Source of the DNA: Squalus acanthias
Taxonomy: Eukaryota
NCBI GenBank assembly: GCA_030390025.1
Contig: CM059432.1
Location: 103,976,001 to 104,040,000 of the forward strand
DNA: 64,000 bases
Direction of reading: 5' to 3'
Numbering within the stretch: the stretch's first letter is position 1; each line of letters starts with the position of its first letter. The notes below the pieces were generated by a model. It worked only from the letters and a program-made list of their open reading frames with translations. It did not search any database and was not told the DNA's origin. Below are positions 36,754-48,249 of this stretch, piece after piece. A program made the translations under genes and the position numbers.

Positions 36754-38480
36754 GGGCTAAAAATTCAATAGCGGTAAAAACCTGCCGGTGTTAACAGCCG
36801 CCGAAAATGGTGGCACTGGCAGGACCAAAAAATTGGCGCTGGGGACTAATTAACATTAGCCCAGCGCTAAACTCACTGTGCAACGCCATCCTGGTGGCTT
36901 TCGTTCCGGCAGGAGACCCCAATGTAGTGTGGCCATAGTGTCATTGCAGCAAGAACAGCCTCCTGTTAAAGCGAGGCTGTCATTTCAGAAAGCAGTTCGG
37001 TCTCTTAAAGGGGAACTGCCTTCTGAAATGAAAAAAATAAAAATCATGTAAAAATAGGCAGTTTTTAGCCCTTACAGCTCAAATGACTTCTGAAAAAAAA
37101 TTAACTTTAAAACGAATTCCCAAATGGGAGTCTTCAGCTCTTAAAGCTGAATTCCCTTCCGCACCTTAAAAAATGGGAAAAGTGCTTCAGCACTAACACA
37201 AATGGCTCAGCAGGCCAGGGAAGTGGCACCCAGAGTCTCCCATGCAGCACTCCAGCTTTGTGCAGGGGGTGCTGGCCATTCTTGGCAGGAGCATGGCTGA
37301 GCCCTTGGCCAGCGGTACGGATGAATCTGCACTGCACTGGCAGCTCAGAGGCCTCGCCTGGCCGAATATTGCAATGCTAGTTCCTCCTCTTAATCTGAAT
37401 AGCAACCCAGCAAAGTCATACCCAGAGAGCTAGGCTTGTACTACAGTTCGCGGGGGGTGCACAAAATCAGCAAGGCACCAGCTTGCCATTAAGGAGGCTG
37501 TGTTGGTGACAAAAAAAGTGATTGTTCAGAATGGCACAAAGGAAAAGTGTGGGCAAACTGTTCCCTTTGATGCTGAAGGATTGGGAGGACATTTGAGCCT
37601 GAAAGCCAATTTCCAGTTAAAACAAGGTGTGTGGAGAGAGGCTACTGTCCAATTCAATGGTGCAGCCCATACCCTCATATCTGGCTGCAAACAAAGAAGT
37701 TTTCTGGAATCAGGCTGGTAAAGGTGACTGTGCTTCTCACTTTCACTTTTTGTGGGGTTTATCATGGGATGAACCAATGGTAACTGCTGTACCCTCCAGG
37801 AGGTACTATTTAAAGCATTGCACACTTCTGACATTGTGCTAAAGCTGGACAACACACGATTCTTGCAGGTGGAGGTGGCACCCATGGAATACCAAACAGA
37901 TGCTCAGGATTTAAGCCTCAGGTGCTTCTCAGTAGAATCAGAAGCTATGGAAGGAAGCTTGGTCTCCTGAGCTTCATCTCCCCAGTGATTCATCTCCTTC
38001 AAATAATGCAGGCACCATGGACTGTCACATCATGGCTTCTTTTTGGGTAATGGTCATTACTATCCGTAATAATGTTTCTGTGGTGAGATGCCATCAGGAT
38101 GTTAATTGAATACATACCTTTCTGTTCATGTAGGCCATATGTTTGATATAAGGAGCTCTGATGCCCACATGGATGTCATCTGCAACACCCAGCACTCGAG
38201 GGAATCATGCCATTCATTAAAAACTGTCTACCTTGTCATGTATCCTTTCTACAGGTAGAGTGATGAAGGTGTTACCACATGCAAACAAAGGCTGAGAATG
38301 TCCTTGGAGCTGCTCCCGCTCCACCACCCATAACTTTGTGGAAGTGCGACAAAGACCCCATTTACAGGATTCCGCCGCACTTCCGGCAAAGTTATGGTGG
38401 TGGGAGTGGGAGTAGCTCCAAAGAAATTCCTAGCCATAGTCATAATAAATGGTCATTACTGGATTATGTTCACAGACTGT
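36754..38480. mobile_element. Highly decayed PIF/Harbinger element
   Basis: Terminus GGGCTAAAAATTC. Myb/SANT-like remnant (APRVSHAAL) on + at about 37215-37440. Nuclease remnant FPRVLGVADDIHVGI on - at about 38160-38210. Right boundary uncertain. Confidence 0.55.
38290..38435. mobile_element. 146-bp fold-back MITE
   Basis: Arms of about 60 bp (ttggagctgctccc...ataacttt..ggaagtgcg / cgcacttcc..aaagttat...gggagtagctccaa). Confidence 0.75.
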
Positions 38481-39343
38481 TGAGGAGTTAGATACTCACT
38501 GATAGATTAATTACTCCTTAACTTCGTATCATAATATCTCTGAATGTACAGATTTCCACTTAGTCCCAATTCATTATTGAATACTCAATGATAAGTTAGA
38601 TCTCGATTCATTCTCAATTGAGTAACTTAACCAATCAATAATTAAATTCTTCTTTTTCCATTACATTTCTCCTTTGACCATTAAACATCTCCTTATCCCT
38701 CCCTATCTCTAAGATTCTACACTGTACCCACTTCCACTGCTATCCATCAACCATCATCTGTTCTTGAAATACTCCTTTTTTAATTCAAATCTCAAGCCCA
38801 CCCAATCCCTCAACAAATGCTTCTCCTTCCCAGCACCCTTCCTTTTAATCCCTGCTCCTTCCCTAATTTGGATTCACAGTGGATCCAAATTGTTACTATT
38901 CTCATCTGAATGCTAACTAATATGTCTCATATGTACCCTTACCTATCATGGCAGGATTATGCTGGGATAAGAGAGAAGACGGCGGCAACCAGGTAGGCCC
39001 ACAGAGGCGGCGGACCTGGGTGGAGCGGCTGCGGCGAGGCGGAGCTGAGAAAAGGCGGCGGCGACCAGGTAGGCTTACCAATCTGAGCCCCGAGAGCGGA
39101 GAGAGAGAAGTAGAAAATAATCAAAGTGTGACGTCACCAGAAAGCAGGTAAGTGATTGGTTGGTGAGTATTTCTCTTTTTCTCCTTTTATCTATACTTAA
39201 ATTCTGTGGTTTATAGTTTCTAGAGTCTCTGTGGTGTAGCGGGGACTGCTGTTAAGCAAGGGCCCTGAGTATATCATTTAATTGAAGTGAAATTGGTGGG
39301 ATTCAATTAGTTTAATTTTAATTAATTAATTAAAGGGTAAGTC

Positions 39344-40294
39344 ATGGCAGCAGAGCTCGGCGCCGTGATATGCTCCTCCTGCAATATGTGGGAAATCAGG
39401 GACACTTCCTGTGTCCCTGACGACCATGTGTGTGGGAAATGTATCCAGCTGCAGCTACTGACGGACCGCATTGCGGCGCTGGAGCTGCGGATGGATGCAT
39501 ATTGGAGCATTCGCAACGCTGAGAATGTCGTGAATAACACGTTTAGCGAGTTGGTCACACCGCAGGTAAAGGGTGTACAGGCAGGAAGTGAATGGGTGAC
39601 CACCAGGCAGAGTAAGAGGTGCAGGCAGGTAGTGCAGGGGTCCCCTGTGGCCATCCGCCTCTCAAACAGATATACCACTTTGGATGCTGTTGGGGAGGAT
39701 GACTTATCAGGGGAAGGCGGCAGCAGCCAACTTCCTGGCACCATGGGTGGCTCTGCTGCACAGGCTGGGAGGAAAAAGTGTGGAAGAGCTATAGTGATAG
39801 GGGATTCAATTGTAAGGGGAATAGATAGGCGTTTCTGCGGCCGCAATCGAGACTCCAGGATGGTGTGTTGCCTCCCTGGTGCAAGGGTCAAGGACGTCTC
39901 GGAGCGGCTAAAGAACACTTTGGAGGGGGAGGGCGAACAGCCAGTTGTCGTGGTGCACATAGGCATCAACGATATAGGTAAAAAACGGGATGAGGTCCTA
40001 AAAGCAGAATATAGGGAGTTAGGAGGTAAATTAAAAAAGAGGACCACAAAGGTAGTAATCTCAGGATTGCTACCAGTGCCACGTGCTAGTCAGAGTAGAA
40101 ATAGGAGGATATTTCAAATGAATACATGGCTAGAAGAATGGTGCAAGGGGGAGGGATTCAAATTCCTTGGACATTGGAACCGGTTCTGGGGGAGGTGGGA
40201 CCAGTACAAACGGGACGGTCTGCACCTGGGCAGGGCCGGGACCGATGTCCTAGGGGGAGTGTTTGCTAGTGCTGTTGGGGAGGGTTTAAACTAA
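39344..40294 (+). CDS. CR1 ORF1p: N-terminal zinc finger and coiled coil, C-terminal SGNH esterase
   Basis: Intact 316-aa ORF with CSSC...HVCGKC, heptad leucines, IGDS, PGA, HIGINDI and DGLHL motifs. Confidence 0.92.
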   Translation: MAAELGAVICSSCNMWEIRDTSCVPDDHVCGKCIQLQLLTDRIAALELRMDAYWSIRNAENVVNNTFSELVTPQVKGVQAGSEWVTTRQSKRCRQVVQGSPVAIRLSNRYTTLDAVGEDDLSGEGGSSQLPGTMGGSAAQAGRKKCGRAIVIGDSIVRGIDRRFCGRNRDSRMVCCLPGARVKDVSERLKNTLEGEGEQPVVVVHIGINDIGKKRDEVLKAEYRELGGKLKKRTTKVVISGLLPVPRASQSRNRRIFQMNTWLEEWCKGEGFKFLGHWNRFWGRWDQYKRDGLHLGRAGTDVLGGVFASAVGEGLN

Positions 40295-43264
40295 AGTGGC
40301 AGGGGGTTGGGAACAGAGGAAAGGGAAATAAGGATAAAAGCTAAAGACAGGAAGGAGAAAAACAAAAGTAGAAGGCAAAGAACTCAACGGTTTAAATCAA
40401 ACATGGTCACAGTAAATAATAATTCATATAGGTCTGAGAGCGTTAAAAAAACAAGCCTGAAGGCTTTGTGTCTTAATGCAAGGAGTATTCGGAACAAGGT
40501 GGATGAATTAGCTGCGCAAATAGAGGTAAATGAATACGATTTGATTGGGATTACAGAAACATGGCTCCAGGGTGGCCAAGGCTGGGAACTCAACATCCAG
40601 GGTTATTCAATATTTAGGAAAGATAGGCAAAAAAGAAAGGGAGATGGGGTAGCATTGCTGGTTAAAGAGGGGATTAACACAATTGAAAGGAAGGATATTA
40701 GCTCTGATGATGCGGAATCTGTATGGGTAGAACTGAGAAATAACAAGGGGCAGAAAACGTTAGTGGGAGTGGTATATAGACCTCCAAACAGTAATACGGA
40801 GGTTGGGGACGGCATTAAAAGAGAAATTAGAGAAGCATGCAGTAAGGGCACAGCAGTCATCATGGGTGACTTTAATTTACATATAGATTGGGCTAACCAA
40901 ATTAGTAAAAATACTGTGGAGGAGGAATTCCTAGAATGTTTACGAGATGGTTTTCTGGAACAATATGTCGAGGAACCAACCAGAGATCAGGCCATCTTAG
41001 ACTGGGTATTATGCAACGAGAAAGGATTAATTAGCAATCTTGTTGTACGAGGCCCCTTGGGTCAGAGTGATCATAATATGATAGAATTCTTCATTAGGAT
41101 GGAGAGTGAAGTAGTTGAATCAGAGACTAGGGTCCTGAATTTAAATAAAGGAAACTACGATGGTATGAGGCGCGAATTGGGTAGGATTGATTGGGGAATG
41201 TCACTCAAGGGGTTGACGGTGGATAGGCAATGGCAAACATTCAAAGACTGCATGGATGAACTACAGAATTTGTACATCCCAGTGTGGCATAAGAATAAAA
41301 CAAAAAGGGTGACTCAACCGTGGCTAACAAGGGAAATTAGGGATAGCATAAGATCCAAGGAGAGGGCATATAAATTGGCCAGAAAAAGCAGTAGCCCTGA
41401 GGATTGGGAGCAGTTTAGGATTCAACAAAGGAGGACAAAGGGATTAATTAAGAAGGGGAAAATAGAATATGAAAGTAAGCTTTCTGGGAACATAAAAACT
41501 GACTGTAAGAGCTTTTATAGATATGTGAAGAGAAAAAGATCAGTGAAATCAAGTGTAGGTCCCTTGCAGTCAGAAGCGGGGGAAGTTATAATGGGGAACA
41601 AAGAAATGGCAGCCCAATTAAATGCATATTTTGGTTCTGTCTTCACAAAGGAGGACACAAATAACCTCCCAGAGATGTTGGAGAACATACGGTCTGATGA
41701 AAGGGAGGAACTGAAAGAAATCAGTATTTGCAGGGAAATGGTGTTAGGGAAATTGACGGTATTGAAGGCCGATAAATCCCCAGGGCCTGATAATCTACAT
41801 CCTAGGGTACTTAAGGAAGTGGCCCTAGAAATAGTAGATGCATTGCTGATCATCTTCCAACATTCGATGGAATCTGGAACTGTACCCATGGATTGGAGGG
41901 TAGCTAATGTTACCCCACTATTTAAAAAGGGTGGTAGAGAGAAAGCGGGGAATTACAGACCGGTAAGGCTGACATCGGTAGTGGGGAAAATGCTAGAGTC
42001 CATTATAAAGGATGTAATAGCTGAGCATTTGAAAAACAGTGACAGGATCGGACAAAGTCAACATGGTTTTACAAAAGGTAAATCATGCTTGACTAATCTA
42101 CTGGAATTTTTTGAGGATGTAACTGGGAAAACAGATAAGGGAGAACCAGTAGATGTGGTGTATTTGGACTTTCAAAAGGCTTTCGATAAGGTCCCGCATA
42201 AGAGATTAGCAGGTAAAGTTAAGGCACATGGGATTGGGGGCAAGGTATTGACTTGGATAGAGAACTGGTTGGCGGACAGAAAGCAGAGAGTAGGAATTAA
42301 TGGGTCTTTTTCCGAGTGGCAAGCAGTGACTAGTGGGGTACCGCAGGGATCGGTCCTTGGGCCCCAGCTATTCACAATATACATTAATGATCTAGATAAG
42401 GGAATTAAATGTAATATCTCCAAGTTTGCAGATGACACAAAGCTGGGTGGGAGTGTGTGCAGCGAGGAGGATAGCGAGAAACTCCAGGATGATCTGGACA
42501 GGTTGGGTGAGTGGGCAGAAGCGTGGCAGATGCAATATAACGTGGATAAGTGCGAGGTTATCCACTTTGGTGTCAAAAACAGAAAGGCAGACTATTATCT
42601 GAATGGCAATAGATTGGGAGAAGGGGAAGTGCAACGAGACCTGGGTGTCCTTGTGCACCAGTCGCTGAAAGTAAGCATGTAGGTGCAGCAGGCGGTGAAG
42701 AAGGCAAATGGTATGTTGGCCTTCATAGCGAAAGGGTTTGAGTATAGGAACAGGGATGTCCTGCTGCAGTTGTACAGGGCCTTGGTGAGACCACACCTTG
42801 AGTACTGTGTGCAGTTTTGGTCGCCTTATCTGAGGAAGGATGTTCTTGCCATGGAAGGAGTTCAGCGAAGATTCACAAGGCTGATACCTGGGATGGCAGG
42901 AATGACATATGAGGAGAGATTGGGTCGATTGGGCTTATACTCACTGGAGTATAGAAGAATGAGAGGGGATCTTATCGAAACATATAAAATTCTGACAGGT
43001 CTGGACAAACTAGATGCAGGAAGAATGTTCCCGATGGTCGGAGAGTCCAGAACCAGGGGTCATAATCTACGGATAACGGGTAAACCATTTAGGACAGAAA
43101 TGAGGAAGAATTTCTTCACCCAGAGAGTGGTGAACCTGTGGAATTCTCTACCACAGAAGGTAGTTGAGGCGAAGTCATTAAATATATTCAAGGATGAGTT
43201 AGATATATTTCTTAAAGCTAAAGGTATCAAGGGATATGGGGAGAAGGCAGGTACAGGGTACTGA
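40295..43264 (+). pseudogene. CR1 ORF2p (APE endonuclease + reverse transcriptase) with one in-frame stop
   Basis: NARSI, ITETW, YRPP, GDFN and SDH (APE); QGSVLGP and FADD (RT). A single TAG at 42680-42682 where sibling copies have CAG. Confidence 0.95.
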
Positions 43265-43519
43265 GTTTAGATGATCAGCCATGATCTCATCGAATGGCGG
43301 AGCAGGCTCGAGGGGCCGAATGGCCTACTCCTGCTCCTATCTTCTATGTAAGACAGAAAGCAGCATGCATTAAAAAAGATTATAATCATGTGATGTTAGG
43401 TGGTGGCCCTGATGAGTAATTATTTTTTAACAAAGATGAGCAGTACATAAGTCAACAAACAAATCCAAAGTGGAATGAGAAAGGGGTGAGTTAATTATAT
43501 CTCCTTCTGGTTTCTCACA

Positions 43520-46500
43520 ATCACTGTAAGGAGACACACTGCGGTACACACTTACTGTAAGGAGACACACTGAGACTGGAAGGAGCACACCTGGAGGGAG
43601 CACAGCGAGAGTGGAGCAGTTAAAAGGAGCAGTCCCGAGCGGCAGGAGCCTGACACTGGAAGGAGCGGACCTGGAGGGAGCACAGCGAGAGCAACACAAC
43701 AGAGGCAGTTTTTGAAAAAGTGACGTCAGATTAAAAAAAAGTGACATCGGCACAAGGGAAGGAGTTGATTGGTGAGTAGCTGGTGAGTGTATTTTTTTTA
43801 AGTTCATAAGTTCATAACTAAAAGGAGCAGACCTGAGCGACAGGAGCCTGAGACTGAGAGGAGCACACCTGGAGGGTGCACAGCGAGAGCGGAGCAGTTA
43901 AAAGGAATAGTCCCGAGCGGCAGGAGTCTGAGACCAGAAGGAGCGGACCTGGAGGGAGCACAGCGAGAGCAACACAACACAGGCAGTTTTTGAAAAAGTG
44001 ACGTCAGATTAAAAAAAGTGACATCGGCACAAGGGAAGGAGTTGATTGGTGAGTAGCTGGTGAGTGTATTTTTTTTAAGTTCATAAGTTTATTTATGCTA
44101 AGTTAGTTAATAACCTATTAAATAGAGGAAAAGAGCTGATTGGTGAGTAGCTGGGGAGTGTTTTTTGTTAAGTTTTAAGTTTATTTCTGCTGGGTTAGTG
44201 TTTAGTCTATTAAATAGAGGCATGGCAGGGCAGCTCAGTCCTGTGGAGTGCACATCCTGTGCCATGTGGGAAGTCCTGGATGCTTTGCGTAGCCTGGACG
44301 ATCACGTGTGCGGGAAGTGTCACCAGCTACAGCAACTCGAGCTCCGGGTTTCAGAGCTTGAGCGGCGGCTGGAGTCACTGCGGTACATCCACAAGGCTGA
44401 GAGTTAAGTTAATAGCACATTTCTAGAGGTGGTCACCCTGCAGCTTAAGAGTATGCAGCAGAGAGGAATGGGTGACCGCCAGACAGAAGAGGAGGACCAG
44501 GCAGATAGTACAGGAGTCCCCGGAATGCATCGCGCTCTCCAACCAGTATTCTGTTCTGAGTACTGGTGAAGGGCAATGGTTCCTCTGGGGAGTGCAGCCA
44601 GAGTCAAGTCCATGGCACCACAGGTGGCTCAGCTGCACAGGGGGGGAGGAAAAAGAGTGGAAGAGCAATAGTGGTAGGGGATTTGATAGTTAGGGGAGCA
44701 GACAGGCGCTTCTGTGGCCGCAGACGTGACTCCAGGATGGTATGTTGCCTCCCTGGTGCCAGGGTCAAGGATGTCACTGAGCGGCTGCAGGACACTCTGA
44801 GGGGGGAGGGTGAACAGCCAGAGGTCGTTGTCCGTATCGGTACCGACAACATAGGCAGAAAGAGGGAGGAGGTCCTGCAGGCAGAGTTTAGGGAGCTAGG
44901 AGAGAGATTAAAAAGCAGGACCTCAAAGTTAGTAATCTCCAGATTACTCCCGGTGCCACGTGCTAGTGAGTACAGGAATAGGAGAATAGAACAGATGAAT
45001 GTGTGGCTGGAGAGATGGTGCAGGAGGGTGGGCTTTAGATTCCTGAGGCATTGGGACCGTTTCTGGGGAAGGTGGGACCTGTACAAGCCGACGGGTTACA
45101 CCTCAACAGAGCCGGGACCAATATTCTCGCGGGGAGGTTTGTTAGTGCTGTTGGGGAGGGTTTAAACTAACTTGGCAGGGGGATGGGCACCAGCATATAG
45201 GAGTAGAAAAGAGGAATAAGGTGCATAAAAGAGTGAGTGTGTCAGATAATACTAGAGAAGAAAGTAGTACTAGAGGCGGTAGTAGTACCATATTAGATAG
45301 GAGCAGACTAAGAAAGACTACGAAAAATTCAAAAATGGGTTTAGAATGCAACGTAAACGCACAGTGTGGTGAATAAGGTTGGTGAGCTATAAGCACAATT
45401 AGCTCTGTGGCAATATGATGTTGTGGCAATAACAGAAACGTGGCTTAAAAACGGTGAGGACTGGGTACTTAATATTCAAGGGTACAAGGTGTTCAGAAAA
45501 GATAGGGAAGGAAAAAAGGGAGGTGGGGTGGCAGTGCTGATTAAGGAAGACATTGTAGTGTTGGAAAGGGAGGATGTTCTTGAGGGGACAAGGACAGAAT
45601 CCATTTGGTTAGAGTTGAGGAGCAAAAAGGGTATGATCACGCTATTGGGGGTATTCTATAGGCCTCCAAATAGTGAGAGGGAGATAGAGGAGCAAATCTG
45701 CAGGGAAATCGCAGAGATATGCAAGAGCTATAGAGTGGTGATATTGGGGGACTTTAATTACCCAAATATCGATTGGGATAATGCTAGGGTAAAGGGAAAG
45801 GAGGGGGAGGAATTTCTGAAATGTGTTCAGGAGAATTTCCTTGACCAATATGTTCTTGGCCCAACTAGGAAGGAGGCATTGCTGGATCTGGTGCTGGGGA
45901 ATGAGGTGGGCCAGGTCGACCAAGTGTCTGTGGGAGAACACTTGGGTACGAGTGATCATCGTATCATAAGATGTAGATTAACAATGGAGAGGTGCAAGGA
46001 ACAATCTAGAGTGGAACTTCTAAACTGGAATAGGGCTAACTTCAATGGGATGCGAAAGGATCTAGCCAGGGTAAAATGAAACCAAAGACTGACAGGAAAA
46101 ACTGTAACGGAACAATGGGTGATCTTTAAGGAGGAGATGTTCAAGTACAGGCTAGGTACATTCCAACAAGAGGGAAGGGTAAGGGAACCAAAGCAAGTGC
46201 TCCTTGGATGACAAGGGAAATAGAGAAGATGATGAAACAAAAAAAGAGGATGTATGATGAATGTCAGGTGAATTCTTCAAGGGAGAACCAGACCAAATAC
46301 AATAAGTGGAGAGGGGAAGTGAAGATGAAAATAAGATTGGCAAGAGAGAATATGAGAGTACAATGGTGGTTAACATAAAAGGGAACCCAAAAATATTCTA
46401 CCGGCATGTAAACAGTAAGCGGGTAGTAAGAGGCGGGGTGGGGCATATTCGAAACAAAGAAGGTGATATATGCTTAGAGGTGCAGGGCAAGGCTAGAATA

Positions 46501-48215
46501 CTCAATGGGTACTTTGTATCGGTATTTATCGGTAAGGAGGTGGATGCTGACAAAATATCGGTAGAAGTGGAAAAGGTAGAAGCAATGGAAGGGGTGAAAA
46601 TTGATAGACAGGATGTACGAGAAAGGCTGGGTATGCTTAGAGTGGACAAGTCGCCTGGTCCAGATGGCTTGCATCCCAGGTTGCTAAGGGAATTGGGGGA
46701 AGAGATAGCGGAAGGGCTTGCCATAATTTTCCAATCTTCCCTAGATGCGGGGGAGGTGCCTGAGGATTGGAAAGTGACAAATGTGACACCATTGTTCAAG
46801 AAAGGGTGTAAGGACAATCCTAGTAACTACAGGTCGGTCAGTTTAACATCAGTGGTGGGTAAAGTTTAGAAACAATAATCAAGGAAAAAATTAACGGGCA
46901 TTTGGAGAGGTATAAGTTAATTAAGGAAAGCCAACACAGGTTTGTAAAAGGAAGATCGTGTTTGACTAATCTAATTGAATTTTTTGATGAAGTAACAGGG
47001 AGCATCAATGAAGGAAATGCAATGGATGTTGTCTACATGGATTTTCGGATGGCGTTTGACAAAGTACCACAAAGAAGGCTGGTTAACAAAATTGAGGCTC
47101 ATGGAATAGGTGGGTCAGTGGCAGCTTGGATAAGGAATTGGCTTAAGGACAGAAAATAGCGAGTTGTGTTAAATGGCTGCTTTTCAGACTGGAGGATGAT
47201 AGACAGTTGTGTTCCCCAAGGGTCAGTGCTGGGGCCACTGCTTTTTTTGATATATATAAATGACCTGGGTATTGGAATACAGAGTAGAATTTCTAAATTT
47301 GCCGATGACACCAAACTTGGGGGTGTGGCAAACATTGATGATGATGTCAATCGACTGCAACAGGACATAGAAAGGCTAGTAGAATGGGCAGACAAGTGGC
47401 AGATGGAATTTAATACAGAGAAGTGTGAGGTGATGCATTTTGGCAGAAGAAACAGGGAGAGGCAATATACACTTAATGGCACAGTTTTAAAGAGTGTGCA
47501 GGGACAGAGGTTCCTAGGAGTTAATGTGCATAGTTCCCTGAAGGTGGCAGGACATATTGAGAGAGCGGTTAACAAAGCATATGGGATCTTGGGCTTCATA
47601 AATAGAGGTATTGAGTACAAAAGTAGAGAAGTATTGCTGAACCTTTATAAAGCGCTGTTTAGGCCACAACTGGAGTATTGCATCCAGTTCTGGTCACCAC
47701 ACTTTAGAAAGGATGTGAAGACACTTGAGAGGGTGCAGAGGAGATTTACCAGAATGGTTCCGGGGATGGGGGATCTTAGCTACAAGGACAGGTTGGAGAA
47801 ACTGGATTTGTTTTCATTAGAGCAAAGGAAGGTTGAGGGGTGATTTGATAGAGGTGTACAAGATTATGATGGGTTTCGATAGGCTAGACGGGGAAAGGCC
47901 GTTCCCACTAGTTGATGGTACAAGGACTAGGGGACACAGATTTAAGGTTTTGGGCAAGAGATACAGGGGGGATGTGAGGAAAATCTTTTTTACACAGCGA
48001 GTGGTGATGACCCTGGAATTCGCTGCCGGCGGAAGTGGTGGAAGCGGAGACACTCAATGTTTTCAAGGGGAGACTGGATAGGCACTTGAGGGAAATAAAC
48101 TTGCAGGGCTATGGGGATAGAGCGGGGGAATGGGACTGACTGGATTGCTGTACAGAGAGCCGGCACGGACTCGATGGGCCGAATGGCCTCCTTCTGTGCC
48201 GTTATGACGCCATGA
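43520..48215 (+). mobile_element. Full-length decayed CR1 (second subfamily) with tandemly repeated 5'UTR
   Basis: ORF1 at 44222-45170 (CTSC...HVCGKC, esterase), ORF2 at about 45161-48140 with stops and frameshifts, and a CR1 tail. Confidence 0.95.
43570..44090 (+). repeat. Tandem duplication (period 278 bp) with about 80-bp submonomers in the CR1 5'UTR
   Basis: gtgacgtcagatt at 43720 and 43998. acctggaggg(a/t)gcacagcgagag occurs four times. Confidence 0.85.
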
Positions 48216-48249
48216 CTCAATGTGCAAGTGAAGTTCATCAGAGTATAAA

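Larger units (their letters stand above)
38978..43348 (+). mobile_element. Full-length, nearly intact CR1 LINE
   Basis: GC-rich 5'UTR, ORF1, ORF2 and CR1 tail. Probable TSD taaga(g/c)agaa at 38968-38977 / 43349-43358. Confidence 0.97.

Noticed and set aside
39322..40047. 241-aa antisense ORF and other antisense ORFs over CR1 copies
   Set aside because: Shadow frames of LINE coding sequence with no independent motifs.
40295..43264. Retron, DGR or group II intron-type RT system
   Set aside because: The RT is fused to an APE endonuclease and preceded by an esterase ORF1 with a CR1 tail. It is an ordinary non-LTR retrotransposon.
43520..44100. CRISPR-like repeat array
   Set aside because: The intervening sequences are themselves repeated, there are no cas genes, and the context is a eukaryotic LINE 5'UTR.
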